DNA of 63,332 bases, filler included, from Chiloscyllium plagiosum (taxonomy: Eukaryota): assembly GCF_004010195.1 (NCBI RefSeq). It is 4 parts of one record of this genome, joined end to end, with 100 filler letters (N's around TTAATTAATTAA, not from the genome) between each part and the next. Parts side by side here need not be neighbours in the genome. Positions count along the whole stretch, not along the records: positions 29,167 to 53,585 come from NC_057714.1; positions 53,686 to 63,332 come from NC_057714.1; 2 more parts are not named here. The stretch is one strand, 5' to 3'. Positions 49,543 to 62,891 of this stretch are shown piece after piece. The position numbers and the translations under genes were made by a program. Numbering within the stretch: the first letter of the stretch is position 1; each line of letters opens with the position of its first letter. The notes beneath the pieces are model-generated. The model was not told the origin of the DNA. It ran no database searches and saw only the letters and a list, made by a program, of their open reading frames with translations.

Positions 49543-50919
49543 TGACAATAATAAATCAAATCAAAGATGGAGATATTACATTTTGTAAAGTCAACTAAAA
49601 TATTGTGATGCCTGCAGTTCCCCACTAGTCTTTGCCTGCCACTTGGAAAATTACTTGTTTATTTCTATTTTTATTTGTTGTCAATGAAACAAGTTCTAGA
49701 TCCATCTCAATGTATTGCCCTCAATCCAATAAACTTTAATTTTACAAGCTCATCTCTTCTGAGAGACTCTATTGCAAGTAAAACAAAAGAACTCAAAATT
49801 AACAAAAGCTTGTTTTTATCTAGACCTTAACATCTCAACTAGAATATTAGACAAAATTTGGCACTGAGTCACATAAGAAGTTATTAGAAAAGATAGTGAA
49901 AACTTTGTTGAAGGTTTAGATTTTAAGGAGAAACTTAATGGAAAGAAGCCCTAAGTTAGAGGGCCAAAACTGGAATCTTCTAAATTTAATGCAAGCTATA
50001 AATTTAATTTACATTACGGCTAAAAAATAAATTTAAACTGCCTAACCCTTGTACTTATTACACCAGTGAACAAATATATTACATAGTCTATCAAAGGTGA
50101 ACTGAAGACAATTAAATTATCAGCACACAGTAAATACTTTGATGTGACCTGATTAGTAGAACATAGACTGAAGTTAATTCACTGGAACAGCAGACAGATA
50201 CTGAAAACCAGGGAAGGTCAAATTAAATCAATTATCAATGGCTGCTTTTAAAAGAATTACTTATTAACAAAATGCTTGCAGATTAGCTAATTAATCTAGC
50301 TATGAGGCAATGCTAAATACCTGTGGTGAAAGAGAGATTTTGCTGAGCAATTGATTGTGATAATCCACATATATAAAATGATAACGAGAGAATTTCAAGT
50401 ACGTTGAAGTGCAATAAAAGCCATGGAGACAGATAACACATGAGCTTCAAGGTAAAAGTGCATTTCTGGCAGAAAGAGGAATCTGACAATCTCAGAGTGA
50501 AATAGTAGGCCAGGAAGTATCTGTAGATAGGATGTCCCAGTACCAGTGACTTAAATACAGACTGACTGCATATGAAATTTAATATGACAAACATTAACAT
50601 GATTTCCAAATAGAAATAATCTAGTATAGAAATAGATAAAAACTATTAATTACAGAGACACAGATCCATGCAGATGGTTTCAATGGTGAGGCTTGCTGAG
50701 TATCAAACTAGGAAACACAATTATCTTTATAAATTGAAGAGTTTTGATATTTAATGGCAGGATGAATAACAAGCATGAATGCTGTCTGGAGAAGAAAAGA
50801 AATAATGCCTCTACTGTTTTTCCAAATGTCGTGAATGCTTTAACATTCAAGAAAGTGTCATGAAAATCTTCCAAGTATGCACTTTTTTTGAAAGAAACAG
50901 ATCATGTTAAAAATGTTAA

Positions 50920-51128
50920 ATAAGATCTGAAAGAATTGCGGATGCTGGAAATCAGAAACAAAAATGAAATTGCTGGAAAAGCTCAACAGGTCTAGTAGCA
51001 TCTGTGTAGAGAAATCAGAGTTAACATTCTGTCCCGAGGAAGAGTCACTGGACCTGTAAAGTTAACTCTGATTTCTCTCCATAGATGCTGCCAGACTTGC
51101 TGAGCTTTTCCAGCAATTTCTGTTTCTG
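50920..51128. mobile_element. Palindromic mini-PLE family D
   Basis: Arms gaaattgctggaaaagctca...gagttaac and gttaactc...tgagcttttccagcaatttc; decayed core in the middle. Confidence 0.8.
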
Positions 51129-52139
51129 TCAGAAATATTAATGTTAAAACATACGAGCAAAGTTAGCAGAAAAACTGCTCAAAGCCAAACATACAAGAGT
51201 TAACAAGTTCTGCTAATATCCCTAATGCAGCATCATTATTAATGTCAAACAAATTCAGCTTTAGGGACAGTTTACTATTTGTAATGTGTTACAAAGTTGT
51301 GCTTATCAGATTGCTCCTCAATAAAGGAGTATGGACTAACCTCAATTTATTGCAACCTATCCTTGTTTCCAGAATATTGCTGCATTGAGAAATACTTGTG
51401 TAAATGAACTAACTGCCTGAGACTTCACTGAGGAAAACCACACATGCATTACTTTTCTACAGAGCAACAATATTTTGTTTAGCTGGCATTTCTTCTGTTA
51501 TAGTAGAAGGACTTTCTTAGGTTGACATTGTGCCAAACCAGGCAGTGCAACAAGCCTCACCATTGAAAAATCTGTATGGATCTGTGTGATTCATAGTTTT
51601 ATTTGTTTCTATAATAGATTATATTAGTCTTATAAAAAAAAATTCTACTCCAAACATGTTAAGATTCTGTTGTCTCCTTACATAAAAAGTGGTTAAAACT
51701 AAATTGCTGCTGTTGCTAAAATGGTGAACAAATTCATTTTGTGCATACCTTAATATGCTCAGTATTAATTTAGCAGTGCAATTTCAATTAATTATTCCTA
51801 ATTTTTTGTTTTTTTTGTCCTTAATAGTCAACCTTTTAATACCATTGCATATGTATTCTGGTCTCTTTAGTCCAATGTTCATTCTCCCTTGCCTCATCCC
51901 ACACACCTCTGGATTCAAACTGTTGCTTCTTCTGAAGCAGTTAGATTCTACAGTAGTTGCTCCAACAACATTACATTATTTATGTGGAAAGCCCCTTTCG
52001 CACTGCCAAAGAAACCTAAGTCCTGTATGTACATGTTATCTATATTCATGGAATGTCAGCAATACTTAAAACACAATGCAAGTGAGTGTTTGCTTGTAGT
52101 TACTTCCTATAGCCTTTATTTGATAAAGAAAATCTTGTA

Positions 52140-52500
52140 TTCATAGAGCACCTTTCATATCTTTGGGATATTGCTTAACACTTTACAAACATTGAACTAC
52201 TTTTGAATTGCAGTCACTGAGAGGCAGCAGGCAAGATCCAAAAAGCGATAATGAATTATGAGCAGTAAATCTAGAGTTAATGTTGGCTTGGGCACCAGAA
52301 GAAGCCACTGTTTATTTTTTTAAGTAGAGCAAGATATGTTTGTACAAACAAGCAAACATGGTCTTTTTGTATTGTTACATCTGAAAATTGGTACCTCGAA
52401 TGGTGTAGCACTCCCTCAGGATTGTCTCTAGTTCTGTTGATGGCCTTGAACTTGCAATCTTCTGATTGGAAAGGTGAAATATTTGCCAACTGAGACTAAA
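52140..52500 (-). mobile_element. DeuSINE/SacSINE1-like relic
   Basis: By-eye similarity (cactttacaaacattgaactacttttgaattgcagtcactg...gtgtagcactccctcag). Confidence 0.45.
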
Positions 52501-53104
52501 GTGAAAACATCACCCAGATCATGTATGACAATAAATCAACATTCACTTGAAACTTACATTGGATGTAAGAGAATTCCTCTGCGTTATGATTCTGGCATCA
52601 CTGCCTGGCTAATATAAATTGGCGACCCATTGCACTAGACTAATTGCCTTGTTATTGTTAAGCCTCTGGCAGAAACATTTTATCACCCTTTTAAACTCAT
52701 GTGGGAAAATGTGAAGCGTCATTATTAATGGCTGACACTACATTAATGCCAAGTCACGCATCACTTTGGCATTGGCAGACTTTAGAATTGCTAGCATGTA
52801 GTTTGTTAACCACTTGAAGTTAACAATTCAGATTGTTTGCCCATTCAGGCCAATTAAACAGCAAGTCCAGGAAATTAATTTGTCAGTGTAGCCTGGTTGT
52901 ATTCAAGGACAATAGCAAGTACCTAGGAAACAGTTATATTTGCCTATGCACTTCCCTCCATGTTTCTTAGCTTGTTTGATGTGATTTTGAATAAAATATT
53001 GCTTTGGCTTGGTAGCAATCTGTACCATCATTGTTATCATCAAATAAGTGCCTGCTTGAACAACGTTACCGTGTTCAGAAAAAAAACTATTTATAGAAAT
53101 TATT

Positions 53105-53585
53105 CATAGAACATACAACATAGAACATAGAACAGTCTAGCACAGTACAGGCCCTTCAGTCCTCGATGTGCCAACCTTTTATCCTACTCTAAGATCTAAT
53201 GAACCTACATACCCTTGATTTTACTGTCATCCGTGTGCCTATCCAAGAATCGTTTAAATGTCCCTAATGTATCTGACTCTACTATCACTGCTGGCAATGC
53301 ATTCCACACACCCACCACTTTCTATGTAAAGAACTTACCTAAACCTTCCTCCAATCACCTTAAAATTACATCCCCCCGTGATAGCCATTTCTGCCCTGAA
53401 AAAAAGTCTCTGGCTATCCACTTTACACAGAACATAGAACATAGAACAATACAGCACAGAACAGGCCCTTCGGCCCACGATGTTGTGCCGAACATTTGTC
53501 CTAGCTTAAGCACCCATCCATGTACCTATCCAATTGCCGCTTAAAGGTCACCAAAGATTCTGACTCTACCACTCCCACAGGCAGT
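53105..53585 (-). mobile_element. Two CR1 3' ends (53105-53425 and 53426-53585)
   Basis: Two (agaacat)n tails, each followed by acaggccctt 3'-UTR sequence. Confidence 0.88.
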
Positions 53586-53979
53586 NNNNNNNNNNNNNNN
53601 NNNNNNNNNNNNNNNNNNNNNNNNNNNNNTTAATTAATTAANNNNNNNNNNNNNNNNNNNNNNNNNNNNNNNNNNNNNNNNNNNNACCAGGACCGGGACT
53701 GAGTCCTTTTAATATTCACTGACTTAATTGGACAGAGAAAAATGTTGTGCAAAATAGACTTGATTGAAAACTGGGTTTCCGTGGTTCTCTGCGTTGTTTA
53801 CAGAAAATGTTACATTATCGCTATCACAGGGCTTCTCATTCGGTTGGCTTAAATTTGGCACTGCACTTGATTCAAAGACAATTCACTAACATCCTTCTGC
53901 AAGTTCCTACAGATAATATGAAACACACTCTACATCCAAGGACATGTTGCACAGTTTACATGAATACTCAAGATATAAG

Positions 53980-54143
53980 ATATAAATGCCGGAGGAAACA
54001 CCACAGAAGCACTTCACAGGAGGCTCCCAAGCACTGAGGATGTCACCTAGACAGGGGACGAAACGTTTGCAACAAAAACTTCCAGCTCAGCGAACAGAAC
54101 CACAGCAACGAGCACCCGAGCTACAAATCTTCTCACAAACTTT
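53980..54143 (+). mobile_element. PLE family C pLTR
   Basis: Near-identical to 40480-40602. Confidence 0.85.
54031..54070 (+). ncRNA. Minimal hammerhead motif (PLE family C)
   Basis: gca CTGAGGA t gtcacct agac aggggac GAAA cg TT tgc; stem I gca/tgc. Confidence 0.75.
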
Positions 54144-54790
54144 AAGGTTCATAGTTCCTTGAAAGTGGAGTCGTAGGTAGATAGGATAGTGAAGAAAGCA
54201 TTTGGTATACTTGCCTTTATTGGTCAGAGCACTGAGTATAGAAATTAATGGCTTTTGCCTGAAACGTCGATTTCGAAGCTCCTTGGATGCTGCCTGAACT
54301 GCTGTGCTCTTCCAGCACCACTAATCCAGAATCTGGTTTCCAGCATCTGCAGTCATTGTTTTTATCTTATAGAAATTAGGAGGTCATATACATCTGTATA
54401 GGACATTAGTTAGGCCACTTTTGGAATATTGTATGCAATTTTGGTCTCCTTTCTATTGGAAGGATGTTGTGAAACTTGTAAGGGTTCAGAAGAGACTTAC
54501 AAGGATGTTGCCAGGGTTGGAGGATTTGAACTATGGGGAAATGCTAAATAAGCTGGCACTATTTTCCCTGGGGTGTTGGAGGCTGAGAGGTGACCTTATT
54601 GAGGTTTATAAAATCATGAGGGGCATGGATAGGATACATAGACAAAGTCTTTTCCCTGCGTTGGGGGAGTCCAAAACTAGGGGGCATAGGCTTAAGGTGA
54701 GAGGTGAAAGGGAATTTGAGGGGCAACATTTTCACACAGAGGGTGGTGTGGGTATGGAATGAGCCACCAGAGGAATTGGTGGAGGCTGGT
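54144..54790 (+). mobile_element. CR1 3' part containing a mini-PLE at 54248-54367
   Basis: EYCMQFWSPFYWKDVVKL; 11 bp TSD tatagaaatta at 54237-54247 and 54368-54378. Confidence 0.9.
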
Positions 54791-56495
54791 TAAAAGTGGA
54801 TAAATCCCCAGGACTTTGATCAGGTGTACCTTAGAACTCTGTGGGAAGCTAGGGAAGTAATTGCTGGGCCTCTTACTGAGATATTTGTATCAACAATAGT
54901 CACAGGTGAGGTGCCGGAAAACTGGAGGTTGGCTAAAGTGGTGCCACTGTTTAAGAAAGGTGGTAAGGACAAGTCAGTGAACTATAGGTCAGTTAGCCTG
55001 ACGTCGGTGATGTGCAAGTTGTTGGAGGGAATCCTGAGGGACAGGATGTACATGTATTTGGAAAGGCAAGGATTAATTAGGGATACTCAACATGGCCTTA
55101 TGTGTGGGAAATCATGACTCACAAACTTGATTGAGTTTTTTGAAGAATTAACAAAGAGGTTTGATAAGGGCAGAGTGGTGGATGTGATCTATATGGACTT
55201 CAGTAAGGCATTCGACAAGGATCCCGATGGGAGACTGATTAGCAAGATTAGATCTCATGGAATACAGGAAGAATTAGCCATTTGGATACAGTACTGGCTC
55301 AAAAGTAGAAGACAGAGGGTGGTGGTGGAGGATTGTTTTTCAGACTGGAGATCTGTGACCAGTGGAGTGCCACAAGGATCGATGTTGGGTCCACTACTTT
55401 TCATCATTTTTATAAATGATTTAGATGTGAGCACAAGAGGTATAGTTAGTAAGTTTGCAGATGACACCAAAACTGGAGATGTCGTGGACAGCAAAGAAGG
55501 TTACCTCAGATTACAACAGGATGTTAATCAGATGGGCCAATGGGCTGAGAAGTGGCAGATGGAGTTTAATTTAGATAAATGTGAGGTGCTGCATTTTGGG
55601 AAAACAAATCTCAGCAGGACTTATACACTTAATGGTAAGGTCCTAGGGAGTGTTGCTGAATAAAGAGACCTTGGAATGCAGGATCATTGCTCTTTGAAAG
55701 AGGAGTCGCAGGTTGATAGAATAGTGAAGAAGGCGTTTGTTATGCTTTCATTTATTGGTCAGAGTATTGAGTTACAGGAGTTGGGAGGTCATGTTGCGGC
55801 TGAGCAGGACATTGATTAGGCCACTGTTGGATATTGCATGCAATTCTGGTCTCCTTCCCATCAAAGGATGTTGTGAAACTTGAAAGGGTTCAGAAAAGAT
55901 AACAAGGATGTTGCCAGGGTTGGATTATTTGAGCTATAGGGAGAGGTTGAATAGGCTAGGCCTGTTTTCCCTGGAGCGTCGGAGGTTGAGGGGTGACCTT
56001 GTGGAGGTTTATAAAATCATGAGGGGCATGGATATGATAAATAAACAAAGTCTTTTCCCTAGGTGGGAGAATCCAGAACTGGAGGGCATAGGTTTAGGTT
56101 GAGAGGGGAAAGATATAAAAGAGACCTAAGGGGCAACTTTTTCAATCAGAGGGTGGTACATGTATAGAATGAGCTACCAGAGGAAGTGGTGGAGGCTAGT
56201 ACAATTACAACATTTAAAAAGCATCTAGATGGTTATATGAATAGGAAGGGTTTGGGATATCTGGTCAGCATGGATGATTTGGACCGAAGGGTCTGTTTCC
56301 GTGCTTTACATCTCTATGACTGTATAATTACAACATTTAAGGGGTGTCTGGATGGGTATATGAATAGGAAGGCTTCAGGGGGAAATGGGCCAAATGCTGG
56401 CAAATGGGACTAGATTAATTTAGGATATCTGGATGGCATGGACAAGTTGGATCGAAGGGTCTGTTTCCATGCTGTACAACTCTATATCTTTATGA
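54791..56495 (+). mobile_element. CR1 ORF2 RT domain to 3' end, with a second 3' end at ~56325-56495
   Basis: VVPLFKKG..D...NYRSVSLTS, YMDFSKAFDK, SGVPQGSMLGPLLF, SKFADDTK. Confidence 0.95.
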
Positions 56496-58218
56496 TGCTG
56501 TGACATCCACTTCCATGGCAGGCACGTTTTTAAAAAAGCCCTAGGATTCAGGCTATCAAATCCTGGAGACCCGTCAGTCTTTTGTCCCATAAGATTACCA
56601 AGAACTTGCTGTAGCCATTAAATTTTGCTCTCTTGAGTGAATCTCTGATTTTTATTCGTCTATCATTCACAAACAGGCCTTTAGCTGCTTCGGTTTTAAG
56701 TTCTATAATTCACTTTCTAATCCACATTAAATCTACCTTTTTTAATACACACTTTTAACCTATTTCTTTGATCTGTTGTGATTCCTTCTTTTGTGTAACT
56801 TGTCAAATTGTGTTTGACAAATAGGCCTTTGAAGGACCTTGGCAAATTTTACTATGTGAATGACTCAACTTAAATACAATTTGTTGCGACAACAACTTTA
56901 AAACAATGACATCACCAGTATCTGGTCCACACTGGAAACAGATGTTATTACACATTGTTACTCTCAATAGAAATGTGGTCTTAAGAGGATCTTTAATATA
57001 ATCTGCTCAGCTTCTTTCACAAGGTTGATTGTCCCAATGTCTTTTCAATATTAAGTCCCATTCACTAAATATTCTGTGTAAGATTGAATGGATGTCCTGT
57101 AACATAAAATCCTCTGATGTCTTCCTGGTCTTTAACTCTCCACTGGTATTAACTTTTCGAACAGGAAATCACCCTGTTGATGATTATTCCAAAATGTTCC
57201 TTTTCTAATGCCTGTAACAGCAGCACCTACCTGCTCTTATGCAGCAAGACCCCAGCTGTCTTCTCCATTGCATTAAGAGGTTAAAACTTGTACCTTATTT
57301 TCAATACGTTTTGACTTGAGTTTCTGTTTCCATCACAAGGAGATTACATGGGTTTGTCTCCAGGCAGATTTAGTCCAAGGATACATGATCTGTCTCTCTT
57401 GTAAAAGGTCCCATTCCCCATCTGCAAACAATTCCACTCACTTTGAATTAAAAGAGATAGTTTAAAACGTAACTATCGTATAAAGGGCAGCCTTTGTAAC
57501 AATCATCTTTACTTTCTTTTGCTGCATTTATCACATAATCTGCTTAATTTAGTGCAGAGCACAAACAATTATTTCAGAAGATGAGCTTCTACCCCAAAAC
57601 TCAGTCACAAGCTGTACAGAGCCATTAGAAATTAAAGTCATAAATGCCTGCCCACGCTTGTAAATTGACCAGATTATTTGATAAAACATAAAAATACAAG
57701 GTCAAACAGATGATAGAGAAAAAATAATTCATCAATGGTTTCGCTTTTATTGGTTTCCAGGAGATATATGGCAAGCACATAAATGATTTGGCCTATTGCT
57801 CACCAAATGACTCATCATTATAAAGAAAGGACGTAAAAGATCAAATTGATTCACTTTTGATACATAGTCTTGAGGACACAGTGTAACCAAAACACATTAT
57901 AATTCATACAGTCCCAAAATAACATTAATTCTGTCTAAATGGGATGATCACATTTGTAAAGTTAATTTTGAGATCAATTTGTCCCAGTTTTTTTTTGATG
58001 TCCTCAAATGTTTGAGTAAATGGCAGTTGTGACTGAACCCGTGAAAGTTTCTAATGGTATAAGTTTACGTCATGAATTTCCTTGAGACAGTAATCACTTT
58101 CGCCTGAGTTGTTGCATCCTTACTTACATAAAGTAGCTAAGGTGAGCTCCAACCAGCTTCATTAAAATGCATATTCACCACCAATGCTTTGTGTTGCATT
58201 TTAAGTGAGTGAACAAGG

Positions 58219-58789
58219 TCAGAAGCTTGATTCCTGCAGTGCACAAAACTTCTGTGTCACATTTCCAATGTTATCACATATGTCAGTGCAGACAGTCTCA
58301 GCAGCAGCATATGCAATACACTGCAGGGCTTCATCTGGATCACTCAGAGCTATTGGATAGAAATGGGCCATGGCACAGCTTTGTACTGGAGTTTCTATCA
58401 TTGCGTTTGATTCCAGTCTAATTCTATCCACATTGGTTAAAACTTTCTAGACAATGGTAAGATTGAGTGCAATGCTGCTGCCCTCAAAGTTTTTTTTTCA
58501 AACCTCATAATATTTTTAGCCACATCTTCCACTTCTGACTGAAACAGAGATGAGCTGAACAGTGTTTCCTGGTCAAGTCCAGGTTGCGTTGGGTCAGTCA
58601 AAGGCAGCAGACAACACACACTGCTACAGATATTCGATGAGGTAATGGTTTGGGAAGAATTAACTTGGAAGTTGCATTAGATCCACCTGAAGACAATATT
58701 GTGGGAAGGAGTAATTTGAGACAGATGGTAGCGAAGTTTATAGTGAGGAACAGGTGACATTGAAACTGTGGTTTCCTGAACTCCATCAC
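58219..58789 (-). pseudogene. Possible decayed coding region, family unrecognised
   Basis: Three abutting minus-strand ORFs join via frameshifts at a (TG)n tract and an A9 run plus one stop. Confidence 0.2.
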
Positions 58790-60375
58790 TGAGAGGTTTC
58801 CTTTCCCTGTGCCTGAGTCTGCTCTGGATTATTTGATTAAAGATTCCCATTCAACAACTCATCATGTCATGTGGCTATCTTAAAACCAACAGACAATGTT
58901 CAGTTAGACAGTTCAAGCAAATCCACAACGTACGGATGAACTCCGACTGCAGCCTTCATTTAACTTAGCAATGAAACGGATTGCTTTCATTGCAAATCAG
59001 TGAATTTCTAATGTGTATAATGGAGAGTTGATCTCACTACCATTGTCAGTTGAAATTCTTTGTAACCAAACAAATGTTTGAACATATTTTGGGAATGGTT
59101 GTGGAAGTCAACAACATAAATGCTGGAAACACTCAAATGGCCAAGCAGCGTCCATGGAGACAGGAAAAGAGCTAAATGTTTGATTTGATGATCTCTGATC
59201 AGAACTGGAGATGTGAGGGCCATAGCTGGTTTTAAGCAAGTGCTGGGAGGGGACAAGTGAGGAGAGGAGGGAATGGCTATGATGTTTTGTCCGACAGAGG
59301 AAGGCAAAAGATATTGAAATGACAAAAGGGATAATGGTAAAGGCAAATGTAGGTGGCAATGGGAACAATAAAGAAACAAAGTAGCATAAGAAGGAAAACT
59401 AATTAGTTAATGAAAAAGAAATGAGGATGTTATTGCTAATGTCCAGAGAAAGAATTGAACTGTTGTGCTTCAGTTTACTACTCAGATAAGTTGCCCTAAA
59501 GTTTGCAGTGTCTAGATTGGCTTGAACAGCCTGGTTAGGATCCTAAAAAGGTCTCACTCGATGCAGGGGTGAGTTGGAGCTCTACCTTGCCTCCCCTGGG
59601 GAGCATTCACTACGTTATTTGCTACTCAAGCACATTTCAAAAGCCAGTGGGCTTTCCCAGATTCAAGGACCCCAAGGGTCGAAGTCCTGCCCACCAAGAG
59701 CTGCTGGCAATGTCACTGGAATGGTGGTGGATGATGCCAGCAGGACACCCACTTGAGTCCTCTGGTTCAGGTCAGTGATGAGGGAATGGAGCACCATGGA
59801 CTATTTCTCACCATGGAAGGTGAGAAATGTTATCTGGCGGTGTAGGCAGAGGATGGCCCTTTTAGGACTATGCACATCCGGTGATGGTCTCCACATTCAG
59901 ACACTGAATGCATTTGAACAAGGAACAAAAGCCCCACCACCCCACTCCACCAATTTCCTGAGCCCACAAACTGTTTAGCGCCCAGCATGCTTCCCACAGC
60001 AGTGGTCCGAGGCCCTTCATTCAGCATTAGTTGGCAGCAGGATGGAATGCTGTCCATAGGCTTTTCACACTGCCACTGAATTAAACTTCCTCCTCACCCC
60101 AACTTCATCCTGGGTGAGGGGATTAAACTTTTCACACTATCAGAAGCATTTGTTGACTTTACAACCATGACCACATTGGTGATAAATTACTTTGTAATGT
60201 CCTAATGTTTCTAAGAGGTTGTATCTAATTTCAAGTGTTATTAGGACCCTGGAAAAACAGTGAGATCATTATTCCCATCATTCTTGGTTTCCACTGATCA
60301 TTTATATTTATATGTCTTTTATAGTTATGGTCATGAGGCACCTGAAGAAATTCTCTTCTGTCTTTACAAAAACTG

Positions 60376-62890
60376 AGGATGATAAAAAAAATGAGACGAG
60401 GTCCTGAAAGAAGAATTCAGGGAGCGAGGAGAGAAGTTAAAGAGGACGACCTCAAAGGTAGTGATCTCAGGATTGCTACCAGTGCCACGTGTTAGCCCGG
60501 GTAGAAGTGAAAGAATAGGCAAGATGAACATATGGCTTGAGGGAAAGAATTCAGGGAGCGAGGAGAGAAGTTAAAGAGGACGACGTCAAAGGTAGTGATC
60601 TCAGGATTGCTACCAGTGCCACGTGTTAGCCCGGGTGGAAGTGAAAGAATAGGCAAGATGAACATATGGCTTGAGGGATGGTGTAGGAGGGAGGGGTTCA
60701 GATTTGTGGGACATTGGGACTGGTTCTGGGAAAAGGGAGACTATTACAAATTGGATGGTCTACACCTGCACCAGACTGGAAATAATGTCCTTGGGGGAGA
60801 TTTTGTTAATGCTGTTGGGGAGCATTTAAACTAATGTGGCAAGGGGCTGGGAACCAGAAGGGAAGACAAGTAGGGAGTGAGGTGGAAACTAGAGACTGTA
60901 AGGAACAGGATCGTGAAGTTAGCAGGAACAAGGGGAAAAGTAAGCAGAGAGCAGATGACCGCAAATGAACTAGTGGTCTGCATATGCTTTAATGCAAGGA
61001 GTATAGTGGGTAAGGCAGACAAACTTAGGGCTTGGATTGGTGCCTGGGAGTATGACATTATTGCCATGACAGAGACTTGGTTAAGGGAAGGGCACGAATG
61101 TTCCAGGATATAGATGCTTCAGACAGGACAGGGAGGGAATTAAAAGTGTGTGNNNNNNNNNNNNNNNNNNNNNNNNNNNNNNNNNNNNNNNNNNNNNNNN
61201 NNNNNNNNNNNNNNNNNNNNNNNNNNNNNNNNNNNNNNNNNNNNNNNNNNNNNNNNNNNNNNNNNNNNNNNNNNNNNNNNNNNNNNNNNNNNNNNNNNNN
61301 NNNNNNNNNNNNNNNCTGTATTACAGGCCTCCCAACAGTGAGTGTGAGGTAGAAGAACAAATAGGTAAAGAGATTATGGAAAGATGTATAGGCAACAGGT
61401 TGGTGGTGATGAGAGATTTAATTTTTCCAACATTGACCGGGATACACAGTGTCAGAGGTCTGGATGGACAAAATTTGTAAGGAGCATCCAGGCAAGTTTT
61501 CTAGAGCAGTATGTCATTGGTTAATCTAGGGAAGGGGCCATATTGGACTTGTGTTGGGGGAGAGTCAAGCCAGGTGGTAGAATTTGCAGTGGGGGATTTC
61601 TTTGGGAATAATGAATGTTGAAATTAGAGATAGAAGTTTGTTTACTCTGGATCACATTGACATAAGGAGGGAGGATGTTTTGGGTAGGCTAAAGAATATT
61701 AAAGTGGACAAATCCCCAGGACTGGATGGGATCCATTCCAGGTTGCTGAGGGAGATGAGAGGAATAGCTGGAGCCCTGACAGATATCTTTGTAGCATCCT
61801 TCAACACAGGAGGATGGGGGAGCTGTTAATGTTGTCCCCCGTACAGGAAGAGTAGTAGGGATATTCCAGGTAACTACAGACCAGTGAGCCTGATGTCAGG
61901 GAAAGTTGCTAGAGAAGGTACTGAGTGATAAAATCTATTTGTATTTGGAAAAGAATGGACTTATCAGTTTGTGCGGGGGAGATCGTGCCTTATCAACTTA
62001 ATAGAGTTCTTTGAGGAAGTGACCAAGTTGATAGATGAAGGAAGGACTGTAGATGTCACATATATGAACTTTAATAAGGTGTTTCATAAGGTTCCCCATG
62101 GTAAACTAAAGGAGAAAATGAATTCACATGGTGTGCAGGGTGTTCTATCTAGATGGATAAAGAACTGGTTGAGCAACAGGAGACAGACAGTAGTAGTTGA
62201 AGGGAATTTCTTGAAATGGAGAAAGGTGATCAAGTGTTCCACAGGGATCAGTGCTGGGGCCACGGTTGTTTTTCATATACATAAATGATCTGAAAGAGGG
62301 CATTAGTGGTCTGATCAGTAAGTTTGAAGATTGGTGGAGTAGCAGAAAGCATAGGTGACTGTCAAAGAATACAGGAGAATATAGATAGACTGGAGAGTTG
62401 GGCGCAGAAGTGGCAGGTGGAGTTCAATCCAGACAAATGTGAGGTGATGCATTTTGGAAGGTCAAATTCTAGAGTGAACTATACTGCAAATGGAAGAGCC
62501 TTGGGAGCAGTTGATGAGCAGAGAGATCTGGAAGTTCAGGTCCATTGTACCCTGAAAGTTGCTGCACAGGTGGATAGAGTGGTCAAGAAGGCATATGGTA
62601 TGCTTGCCTTCATTGGACGGGGTATTGAGTATAAGAGCTGGCAGATCATGTTAAAATTGTACAAGACTTTGGTTCAGCCGCATTTCGAATACTGTGTACA
62701 ATTCTGGTTCCCACGTTACCAAAAGGATGTGGACGCTTTGGAGAGGGTGCAGAGAAGGTTTACGAGGGTATTGCCTAGTATGGAAGGTGCTAGCTATGAA
62801 GAGTGGTTGAGTAGGTTAGGATTGTTTTCATTAGAAAAAAGGAAATTGAGGGGGACCTGATTATGGTCTAACAAAATCATGAAGAGTATA
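60376..62890 (+). mobile_element. Long decayed CR1: ORF1 esterase C-terminus and ORF2 (APE and RT)
   Basis: WCRREGFRFVGHWD..YKLDGLHL; CICFNARSIVGKADKLRAW...IIAMTETWL; YYRPPN; KVDKSPGLDGI; WQVEFNPDKCEVMHFG. Confidence 0.95.
60411..60678. repeat. 134-bp tandem duplication within CR1 ORF1
   Basis: 60411-60544 and 60545-60678 differ at 2 positions. Confidence 0.95.
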
Positions 62891-62891
62891 G

